Shown in pieces: positions 14,176-23,900 of a stretch of 64,000 bases of DNA (positions within the stretch are counted from its first letter, which is position 1; each line of letters starts with the position of its first letter). Source of the stretch: Squalus acanthias (taxonomy: Eukaryota); NCBI GenBank assembly GCA_030390025.1, contig JASTWF010000349.1:62001-126000 (forward strand), written 5' to 3'. Both the position numbers and the translations under genes were made by a program. Under the pieces are notes generated by a model, which saw only the letters and a list, made by a program, of their open reading frames with translations, had not been told where the DNA came from and did no database searches.

Positions 14176-15085
14176 ATCACAGATGGGGTCTCAGGGATAC
14201 TGGGCAAAGTTCGGGTGGTTCTTGTGTATCAGAGATGGGGTCTCGGGGATACTGGGCACAGATCGGGTGGTTCTTGTGTATCAGAGATGGGGTCTCGGGG
14301 ATACTGGGCACAGTTCAGGTGGTTCTTGTGTATCAGAGGTGGGGTCTCGGGGATACTGGGCACAGTTCAGGTGGTTCTTGTGTATCAGAGGTGGGGTCTC
14401 GGGGATACTGGGCACAGTTCGGGGTGAGCTGTGGTTCTTGTGTATCAGAGGTGGGGTCTCGGGGATACTGGGCACAGTTCGGGTGGTTCTTGTGTATCAG
14501 AGGTGGGGTCTCGGGGATACTGGGCACAGTTCGGGTGGTTCTTGTGTATCAGAGATGGGGTCTCGGGGATACTGGGCACAGTTCGGGGTGAGCTCTGGTT
14601 CTTGTGTATCAGAGATGGGGTCTCGGGGATACTGGACACAGTTCGGGTGGTTCTTGTGTATCAGGTGGGGTCTCGGGGATACTGGGCACAGATCGGGTGG
14701 TTCTTGTGTATCAGAGATGGGGTCTCAGGGATACTGGGCACAGATCGGGATGAGCTCTGGTTCTTGTGTATCAGAGATGGGGTCTCGGGGATACTGGACA
14801 CAGTTCGGGTGGTTCTTGTGTATCAGAGATGGGGTCTCGGGGATACTGGGCACAGATCGGGGTGAGCTCTGGTTCTTGTGTATCAGGTGGGGTCTCGGGG
14901 ATACTGGGCACAGTTCGGGTGGTTCTTGTGTATCAGAGATGGGGTCTCGGGGATACTGGGCACAGTTCGGGTGGTTCTTGTGTATCAGGTGGGGTCTCGG
15001 GGATACTGGGCACAGTTCGGGTGGTTCTTGTGTATCAGGTGGGGTCTCGGGGATACTGGGCACGGATCGGGGTGAGCTCTGGTTT
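14176..15085. repeat. G-rich 52-bp minisatellite with 50- and 60-bp variants, ~17 copies
   Basis: Unit TCAGAGATGGGGTCTCGGGGATACTGGGCACAGTTCGGGTGGTTCTTGTGTA; an 8-nt longer variant (GGGGTGAGCTCTGG) recurs. Confidence 0.95.
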
Positions 15086-15612
15086 GTGCTCCTGCCCCGG
15101 GCAGTGACTGATGGAATTGTAGATTGCAGTAATCTGAATGGAGGATTTGTTTTAATCTTAATTCAATTTGCAGCAACTCGGAGGAGAGAAATCGCTCAAC
15201 TTGTTTGAAGGGCTGATTAAACATGGGGTGTGGGTGGCACTCAATGGCTGAGTTTGTTGTGCCAGGGTAAATGTTGGTGAAAACCCCAAGGTCAAAAGTT
15301 ACAGCAATCCTAAACGTGTTCGAGACCATTTATTCCCCTCCTCGCCCCGCGGGTTCCCCCCCCCCTCCTCGCCCTGTGCTAGCCTCCTGCTAGTGTACAG
15401 GGTGTGGTCTGGCCCAGGTACCTGTCCCCTAAAGTGACCGTTATTCACGTGTGAGCCAGGGTGGTGAGTGTTTGTCGAAGTGCAGGGGTCGTAGCCGAGG
15501 GCAGGGAGTTAATCATATAAATACCACAGTCTCCTGATGTATAACATAGCAGTGTATGCCATTCCCAACACTGGCGCCTATCTGAAGTGTGTGTGTATCT
15601 GTCTCTCCACAG

Positions 15613-15764
15613 AGCTGATCCTGGGCCTGGTGGTGGGCTCCTGCCTTCTCCTGCTGATCATCGCCCTGTCTGTGAAGCTCCGCTGCCGAAACAAGGGCCA
15701 ACCCCTGGGCTACCAGCAACTCGCCTCGCACATCGAAGAGAGCGAGAAATTGGCCTTGACTTGA
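15613..15764 (+). CDS. ACP2: Terminal coding exon of the ACP2-like gene: transmembrane helix plus cytosolic tail with a GYxxL sorting motif
   Basis: TCTCTCCACAG acceptor; G+AG gives Glu in phase; ELILGLVVGSCLLLLIIALSVKLRCRNKGQPLGYQQLASHIEESEKLALT*; compare ACP2 tail QPPGYRHV. Confidence 0.9.
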
Positions 15765-16307
15765 GCAGAACACAGAACAAGAAAGGCTGTGAGACTGGGA
15801 GCAGTCCGCAGCCCGAGTGGAGGCTGCTTGCTTTAAATGGGCTTTTATTTGTGCTATAGCAGGGGTTTGAACTCTGCTCTTTTGGTCACTGAGAGGTTAG
15901 AAAAAGTGTATTTGCTTCTGAAAAGGAGCATTAGTTGGAAAATGGGAGCTTAAACCGCGGGAGGAAAGGGGAAAAAATAGGCGAGTGTGTTGTTAAAGTG
16001 TTGTAGTGGAGTTGGGTGATTGATTTATGTTTTAATAGCTGGCGGTGTACTGGGTGGGATAGTTCAATTGTCTTCACTGTTACTTGGGTCTTTGTAATCC
16101 CCCTGGACACAGCTGCCAATTAGTCAGTCAGTATTTGTCCCCAAGTTACCACTAACCCAGAGACATTGGATCTTGTGATGTCCATTCAGTGGGATTGGTG
16201 CCCGCCTGTAACTGGACCTGTATATCTCACTGACACACAAACTATACCGTTATATATCCGGGGCTGCTTCCTCCAGTGAGACACTATATCAACTAAAGCC
16301 ATATGTA

Positions 16308-16552
16308 TAAGAAAGAAAGACTTTCAGGACTGCCGGGCGTCCCAAAGCGCTTTACAGCCAATGAAGTACTTTTTGAAGTGTAGTCACTGTTGTAATGTAG
16401 GAAACGCAGCAGCCAATTTGTGCACAGTAAGACCCCATAATGACCAGAATCTGTGTTTTAATGACGTTGGTTGAGGGATAAATATTGGCCACGACACCGG
16501 GGAGAAGTCCCCTGCTCTTCTTTGAAATATTGCCATGGGATTTTTTACATCC
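16308..16552 (-). mobile_element. Deu-domain SINE (SacSINE1/AmnSINE1-like) 3' portion
   Basis: Reverse strand reads ..ATCCCATGGCAATATTTCAAAGAAGAGCAGGGGACTTCTCCCCGGTGTCGTGGCCAATATTTATCCCTCAACC..GTGACTACACTTCAAAAAGTACTTCATTGGCTGTAAAGCGCTTTGGGAC..(TCTT)n tail; homologous to 20658-20915. Family name from recall. Confidence 0.8.
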
Positions 16553-17537
16553 CCCCCCCCCCAAGAGGCTCAGCCTCTGGGTCAGTGGGTCAGTCTGTGG
16601 GGCAGTGGGTCAGACTCTGGGTCTGTGGGAGCGTGGGTCAGTGGTCTCTAGGTTTTGGTCTGTGAGGGGGTCAGTGTGTTTTGCACAGTGTAATTTGGAC
16701 TGAAACCTCGCCAGTCTCAGTGAGTCAGGTACGCCTGTGTTGTTAAGGGCAGCACTGCAGTAACGCACAGTGTATTCATCCTCTGCCAAGGTGGGGATGT
16801 GAAACCCACTACCTTTCTTAAGGCAACGTAACTACTGCCCTGTCCTGGGACCAATTAGAAATCAGCAGGAAATAATTTGCTTGCTTTTTTTTTTAAATGC
16901 TGTTTTTGATACTATTTTTTCTAAGACGTAACACAAATTTGAACCTGTGACAAATTCTTTTTATACTTGTGAACTTCCGCTGGCATTGCTTACAGCTAGT
17001 TGGAGCAGACGGAATGTATGAGCCATTTGAGTGAGGTGACAGCACCAACACTGCAGGAGATAATGATAATGGGTTATGTGGCAATGTTACCCATTGAATT
17101 CAGTGTTACATATACAATCTTGAGGAGTGGAGTTTTCACTGCACATAACTCCTGTTCACAGTCAACTCTACACAAGACAGCCATTCAAAGTGGGCTAGGG
17201 TAGTGGAGGCAAAAACATTGCAGTCATTCGACAGGTACTTGGTTGCAGTGATGGGGGAGTTGTAGCTTTCCATGGAGGTATAATCCACCAGGAGAGGCCT
17301 TGTTCACCTGTACTTGTCTCAGTGAAGATCTCCACCCTCCTCCTATCCCCAATGTCAATCCTTATCTCTCAACCCCACTGTCTTCTTTCTCGGGTACTGT
17401 TCAGTTCCTATTTGTAAACACCAATTGGCCCACAGTGGTGTAGTGGTTATATTACTGCATGAGTAATCCACATGTCTGGGAGTTCAAATCCCGAGGTCGC
17501 ACAACACCAGGTTATAGTCCAACAGTTTTATTTGAAA

Positions 17538-17579
17538 TCACAAGCTTTCGGAGCTATCGATTGCCCCTTCCTCAGGTGA
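17538..17579 (-). ncRNA. Mirror copy of the minimal hammerhead ribozyme in the inverted arm
   Basis: Reverse complement of 18697-18738. Confidence 0.85.
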
Positions 17580-18097
17580 AGTAAATAGATACAGAATCGC
17601 CAAAGCATATATAGATAGAAAACAAAGCATGTGTACCTTACAATTGCAGACCACTAAATTAAATCATCCTGACTATCTGCCGAGGTGTGATAAAGTTAAT
17701 CAGGTCAGCCAGGAAGGTACCACATCAAAGACATAGCAAGATACAACTGAGACAATGAGGTGTAGTCGCAGGGGTTCTAACGTGTCAAAAGCTGCCGTCT
17801 GTATGTAAAACGAAAAGCTTTAAAATTTTTACTTTTTTACTGGGAAAATTTTTACTTTTTTTACTGGGAATCACATCTGTGAACAAGCCAACGACGACTC
17901 GAGTCCGGATTACGTCATGTATCGTGACATAAACCCAAGATCCCGGTTGAGACCGTCTTCATGAGTGCGGAACTTGGCTATCAGTTTCTGCTCGATGATT
18001 TTGCGTTGTCGTGTGTTTCTAAGGTTGCCTTGGAGAACGCTTACCCGCAGATCCGAGGCTGAATGTCCTTGACTGCTGAAGTGTTCATCGGCGATGA

Positions 18098-18367
18098 TGG
18101 TACATCGGCGAGACCATGCAGACACTGAGACAACGTATGAACGAGCACCGCGCAACAATCGCCAGGCAGGATTGTTACCTCCCAGTCGGGGAACACTTCA
18201 GCAGTCAAGGACATTCAGCCTCGGATCTGCGGGTAAGCGTTCTCCAAGGCAACCTTAGAAACACACGACAACGCAAAATCATCGAGCAGAAACTGATAGC
18301 TAAGTTCCGCACTCATGAAGACGGTCTCAACCGGGATCTTGGGTTTATGTCACGATACATGACGTAA
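18098..18367 (+). pseudogene. C-terminal fragment of Penelope GIY-YIG endonuclease (partial mirror copy on - strand at 17910-18086)
   Basis: WYIGETMQTLRQRMNEHR..VGEHFS..H..RKIIEQKLIAKFRTHEDGLN: YIG, conserved R, H, E and GLN motifs. Confidence 0.9.
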
Positions 18368-18696
18368 TCCGGACTCGAGTCGTCGTTGGCTTGTTCACAG
18401 ATGTGATTCCCAGTAAAAAAGTAAAAATTTTCCCAGTAAAAAAGTAAAAATTTTAAAGCTTTTCGTTTTACATACAGACGGCAGCTTTTGACACGTTAGA
18501 ACCCCTGCGACTACACCTCATTGTCTCAGTTGTATCTTGCTATGTCTTTGATGTGGTACCTTCCTGGCTGACCTGATTAACTTTATCACACCTCGGCAGA
18601 TAGTCAGGATGATTTAATTTAGTGGTCTGCAATTGTAAGGTACACATGCTTTGTTCTCTATCTATATATGCTTTGGCGATTCTGTATCTATTTACT

Positions 18697-18738
18697 TCAC
18701 CTGAGGAAGGGGCAATCGATAGCTCCGAAAGCTTGTGA
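18697..18738 (+). ncRNA. Minimal type I hammerhead ribozyme of the Penelope pLTR
   Basis: TCAC-CTGAGGA-A-GGGGC-aatcgata-GCTCC-GAAA-GC-TT-GTGA: stem I TCAC/GTGA, core CUGANGA and GAAA, stem II, minimal palindromic stem III (AAGCTT), NUH site CUU. Confidence 0.85.
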
Positions 18739-19439
18739 TTTCAAATAAAACTGTTGGACTATAACCTGGTGTTGTGCGACCTCTCAATTTTGTCCACCCC
18801 AGTCCAACACCGGCATCTCCGCATCAAGTTCAAATCCCACCATGGCAGTTAGAGAACTTGGAAGTAAAAAGCTGGGATCAGTAAAAGTGACCATGAAGCT
18901 GTCGGATTGTCGTAAAACCCCACATTATTCACTAATGTCCTTTAGGGAAGGAAACCTGCCGTCCTTACCCGGTCGCGCCTATATGTCACTCCAGACCCAC
19001 AGCAATGTGGTTGACTCTTAACTGCCCTCTGAAGTGGCCGAGCAAGTCACTCGGTTATATCAAGCAGAAGAAGGCCCACCACCACCCCTCCTCGGAGATG
19101 GGCCATAAATGCCAGCCTTGCCAGTGACACCCATATCCTGAGGATCAATATATTTTAAAAAGTAACACTTTTTCTGGGCACCTGCCTCCCTCCCCCACAA
19201 GGTTCCTATTGTTGGGAGATCTGCAAACCTAAAACAGAGGAGGAAGAACCCCTTTAACACTTGGAATATTGTGGCTCTTCCGACATAAACTGCCTGCCCC
19301 CACCCAATAATTTTATCTTTTCTTGGTTCCTTTTGTAAATTGAGTCTTCTCCATAACAACAGTCTTGTTGTTCCATGTTTGACTTCTGACAGGGGAAAGG
19401 TTAATGAGTGGGAGGGGGACAGTTCTGAAATATTCACTG

Positions 19440-19757
19440 TGGATAATTGGGGTTATCTAATCTCTGGTGGGGAGCCCAGAACAAGGAGGAGCAGTCTTAA
19501 AATTAGAACTAGGCCATTCAGGAGTGAAAGTGCTTTTCACACAAAGGGTAGAAGAAATCTGGAACTCTTCCCCTAAAGGCTGTGGATGCTGGGGGACAAT
19601 TGGCGCTTTCAAGACTGAGATGGATAGATTTTTGTTGGGTATCAAGGGATATGGAACAAAGGTGCATAAATGGAGTTGAGGTACAAATCATCCATGATCT
19701 GATTGAATGGCGGAGCAGGCTGGAGGGGCTGAATGGCCTACTCCCATTCTTGTTTCT
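19440..19757 (+). mobile_element. Old CR1 LINE 3'-end fragment
   Basis: GEPRTR..LKIRTRPFRSE / FTQRVEEIWNS..AFKTEMDRFL, followed by 3' UTR CCATGATCTGATTGAATGGCGGAGCAGGCTGGAGGGGCTGAATGGCCTACTCC. Confidence 0.82.
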
Positions 19758-20092
19758 AGACCAGTGAGATCTGCTGCACTATTGTGAATATAACTTGCAA
19801 TAAGAAATCACTCAATGGTACTGTGACAATCTCAGCATTTTCGTGTGTTGCATGCAATAAAGTTTGCTGTTTTTCCACCCTATACATCAGACCGAGTCTC
19901 ATTTATTCACAGCAGAGATGGAAAAATCTATAAAATACAGATAACAACATCCAAGTTCAGCAGCCAGGGCAGGTCCTCCCCCACGCCCCGACCAGTTGGA
20001 TGCCACGGCTCTGCTAAAATTATAATAGCCCCACCCTCAGTCCTCCATTTCCTATTCACACTCTCTTCTCCCATCTGATAGCTCGACCCTCA

Positions 20093-20405
20093 GACCTCCA
20101 TCTCCTGCCCTCACTATCTCCTCTCCCGCCCCACCCTCAATCCACCATCTCCTGCCCTCACTATCTCCTCTCCCGCCCCACCCTCACTCCACCATCTCCT
20201 GCCCTCACTATCTCCTCTCCCGCCCCACCCTCACTCCACCATCTCCTGCCCTCACTATCTCCTCTCCCGCCCCACCCTCACTCCACCATCTCCTGCCCTC
20301 ACTATCTCCTCTCCCGCCCCACCCTCACTCCACCATCTCCTGCCCTCACTATCTCCTCTCCCGCCCCACCCTCAATCCACCATCTCCTGCCCTCACTATC
20401 TCCTC
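20093..20405. repeat. C-rich 47-bp minisatellite, ~6.5 copies
   Basis: Unit CCACCATCTCCTGCCCTCACTATCTCCTCTCCCGCCCCACCCTCAMT; period 47 (20141, 20188, ...). Confidence 0.95.
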
Positions 20406-20657
20406 TACCTTCAGTGGAAACCCCTGATCACTACAGCTGCCTCCAAAGATTAGTTTCCTTTCATACTTTGCTCAACAACTCGTAGCTCAGTATAAAGCTT
20501 AACTGCCCACAACTGAAATATTTTCTCATTCTCTGCATTCCTTGTGTCACTCAGCCATGCCTCCCTCGACAATCCAAGCTTGATGTCAACTAACCTCCTT
20601 GATATACTTCAGTATTTCTCCCCTTTTAAAGTCTTCCTGTTTCATTAAGTTCTGAAT

Positions 20658-20970
20658 AAAGAGAAAACGAGCATTGATATAGTATCTTTCACTTGCTCAC
20701 TCTGTGCTAAAGGGCCTCACAACCAATGAAGTGTTTGTGAAGTTCACTTGTTTTTGCAGGCAAAGCTGACCCCCAATTAGTGCACAGCAAGATACCACAG
20801 GTAACCAATAAGATAAGGGACCAGATAATTTGATTTTCGTGATATTGGATGGAAGATAAATATTGGCCAGGACACCAGGGATAACTCCCCTGCAATTCCA
20901 ATAGTGCCATGCAATGTTAGCCGCCTGAGGACAGACAGATTTCTATTTAATGTTTCATCCGAAAGGTGGC
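20658..20970 (-). mobile_element. 3' half (Deu domain and tail) of a SINE that runs directly into the 33-bp satellite
   Basis: GATAAATATTGGCCAGGACACCAGGGATAACTCCCCTGC (20855-20893) matches the SINE copy at 16477-16515; continues through TTTAATGTTTCATCCGAAAGGTGGCACCTCCGA into the first monomer. Confidence 0.82.
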
Positions 20971-23900
20971 ACCTCCGATAGTGCAGCGCTCCCTCAGTAC
21001 GGCCCCTCCGACAGTGCAGCGCTCCCTCAGTACTGACCCTCCAACAGTGCAGCGCTCCCTCAGTACTGCCCCTCCGACAGTGCAGCCCTCCCTCAGTACT
21101 GCCCCTCCGACAGTGCAGCGCTCCCTCAGTACTGCCCCTCCGACAGTGCAGCGCTCCCTCAGTACTGCCCCTCCGACAGTGCAGCACTCCCTCAGTACTG
21201 CCCCTCCGACAGTGCAGCGCTCCCTCAGTACTGCCCCTCCGACAGTGCAGCATTCCCTCAGTACTGACACTCCGACAGTGCAGCGCTCCCTCAGTACTGC
21301 CCCTCCGACAGTGCAGCGCTCCCTCAGTACTGACCCTCCGACAGTGCAGCGCTCCCTCGGTACTGCCCGTCCAACAGTGCAGCGCTCCCTCAGTACTGTC
21401 CCTCCGACAGTGCAGCGCTCCCTCAGTACTGCCCCTCCGACAGTGCAGCGCTTCCTCAGTACTGCCCCTCCGACAGTGCAGCGCTTCCTCAGTACTGCCC
21501 CTCCGACAGTGCAGCACTCCGTCAGTACTGCCCCCCCGACAGTGCAGCGCTCCCTCAGTACTGCCCCTCCGACAGTGCAGCGCTCCCTCAGTACTGCCCC
21601 TCCGACAGTGCAGCGCTCCCTCAGTACTGCCCCTCCGACAGTGCAGCGCTCCCTCAGTACTGCCCCTCCGACAGTGCAGCTCTCCCTCAGTACTGCCCCT
21701 CCGACAGTGCAGCGCTCCCTCAGTACTGCCCCTCCGACAGTACAGCGCTCCCTCAGTGCTGCCCCCTCGATAGTGCAACACTCCCTCAGTACTGCACCTC
21801 CGACAGTGCAGCGCTCCCTCAGTACTGCACCTCCGGCAGTGCAGCCCTCCCTCAGTGCTGCACCCCCCGACAATGCAACATTCCCCCAGTACTCCACCTC
21901 TGACAGTGCAGCGCTCCCTCAGTACTGCACCTCCGACAGTACAGCGCTCCCTCAGTACTATCCCTCCGACAGTGCAACACTCCCTCAGTACTGCCTCGCC
22001 GACAGTGCAGCGCTCCCTCAGTACTGCCCCTCCGACAGTGCAGCATTCCCTCAGTACTCTGCCTCCGACAGTGCAGCCCTCTCTCAGTACTGTCCCTCCG
22101 ACAGTGTAACACTCCCTCAGTACTGCCCCACCGACAGTGTAACACTCCCTCAGTACTGCCCCCCCGACAGTGCAGCACTCCCTCAGTACTGCCCCTCCGA
22201 CAGTGCAGCGCTTCCTCAGTACTGCCCCTCTGACAGTGCAGCGCTCCCTCAGTACTGCCCCTCCGACAGTGCAGCACTCCGTCAGTACTGCCCCCCCGAC
22301 AGTGCAGCGCTCCCTCAGTACTGCCCCCCCGACAGTGCAGCACTCCCTCAGTACTGCCCCTGCGACAGTGCAGCACTCCCTCAGTACTGCCCCTGCGACA
22401 GTGCAGCGCTCCCTCAGTACTGCCCCTCCGACAGTGCTGCACTCCCTCAGTACTGACCCTCCGACAGTGCAGCGCTCCCTCAGTACTGCCCCTCCGACAG
22501 TGCAGCGCTCCCTCAGTACTGCCCCTCCTACAGTGCAGCGCTCCCTCAGTACTGCAGCTCTGACAGTACAGCGCTCCCTCAGTGCTGCCCCCTCGATAGT
22601 GCAACATTCCCCCCGTACTCCACCTCCGACAGTGCAGCGCTCCCTCAGTACTGCACCTCCGACAGTACAGCGCTCCCTCAGTACTGTCCCTCCGACAGTG
22701 CAACACTCCCTCAGAACTGCCCCCCCGACAGTGCAACACTCCCTCAGTACTGCCCCTCCGACAGTGCAGCGCTCCCTCAGTACTGCCCCTCCGACAGTGC
22801 AGCGCTCCCTCAGCACTATACCTCCGACAGTGCAGCGCTTCCTCAGTACTGCCCCTCTGACAGTGCAGCGCTCCCCCAGTACTGCCCCTCCGACAGTGCA
22901 GCGCTTCCTCAGTACTGCCCCTCCGACAGTGCAGCCCTCCCTCAGTACTGCACCCCCCGACAATGCAACATTCCCCCAGTACTCCACCTCCGACAGTGCA
23001 GCGCTCCCTCAGTACTGCACCTCCGACAGTACAGCGCTCCCTCAGTACTGTCCCTCCGACAGTGCTGCACTCCCTCAGTGCTGTCCCTCCGACAGTGCAG
23101 CACTCCCTCAGTACTTCCCCTCTGACAGTGCAGCACTCGCTCAGTACTGCATCTCTGACAGTGCTGCACTCCCTCAGTACTGCCCCTCCGACAGGGCAGC
23201 GCTCCCTCAGTACTGCCCCTCCGACAGTGCTGCACTCCCTCAGTACTACAACTCCGACAGTGCAGTGCTCCATCAGTACTGCCCCTCCGACAGTGCAGCA
23301 CTCCCTCAGTACTGCCCCTCCGACAGTGCAACATTCCCTCAGTACTGCACCTCCGACAGTGCAGTGCTCCATCAGTACTGCCCCTCCGACAGTGCAGCGC
23401 TCCCTCAATACTGGCCCTCCGACAGTGCAGCACTCCCTCACTACTGACCCTCCGACAGTGAAGCACTCCCTCAGTATTGCCCCACCCCGACAGTGCAGCG
23501 CTCCCTCAGTACTGTACCTCCGACAGTGCAGCGCTCCCTCAGTAATGTCACTCCAAAAGTGCAGCGCTCCCTCAGCACTGGCCCTCCGACAGTGCAGCGC
23601 TCACAAAGTACTGCACCTCCGACAGTGCAGCGATCCCTCAGTACTGCCCCTCCGACAGTGCAGCACTCCCTTAGTACTGCCACTCCGACAGTGCAGCGCT
23701 CCCTCAGTTTTGTCCCTCCGACAGTGCTGCACTCCCTCAGTACTGCCCCTCTGACAGTGCAGCAATCCCTCAGTATACCACCTCCGACAGTGCAGCGCTC
23801 CCTCAGTACTGCCCCTCCGACAGTGCAGCGCTCCCTCAGTACTGCCCCTCCGACAGTGCAGCGCTCCCTCAGTACTGCACCTCCGACAGTGCAGCACTCC

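Larger units (their letters stand above)
17493..18826 (+). mobile_element. 5'-truncated Penelope-like retroelement with inverted pseudo-LTR (arms 17493-18086 and 18191-18783) and 12-bp TSD AGTTCAAATCCC
   Basis: Arms are reverse complements with only a few mismatches; TSD at 17481-17492 and 18827-18838; GIY-YIG C-terminal coding fragment; hammerhead motif in the pLTR. Confidence 0.92.
17427..19160 (+). mobile_element. tRNA-derived SINE split by the Penelope insertion (head 17427-17492, body and tail 18827-19160)
   Basis: A-box TGGTGTAGTGG (17436-17446), B-box GTTCAAATCCC duplicated as the TSD; body resumes ACCATGGCAG..; LINE-like 3' tail CCCACCACCACC..ATAAATGCCAGCCTTGCCAG..A-rich end. Confidence 0.75.

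Noticed and set aside
14039..15208. 389-aa ORF and overlapping ORFs
   Set aside because: Translation of the 52-bp minisatellite inside an intron.
17100..17330. Possible highly decayed LINE 3' fragment
   Set aside because: Only weak resemblance (GTAGTGGAGGCAAAAACATTG); cannot be supported without a search.
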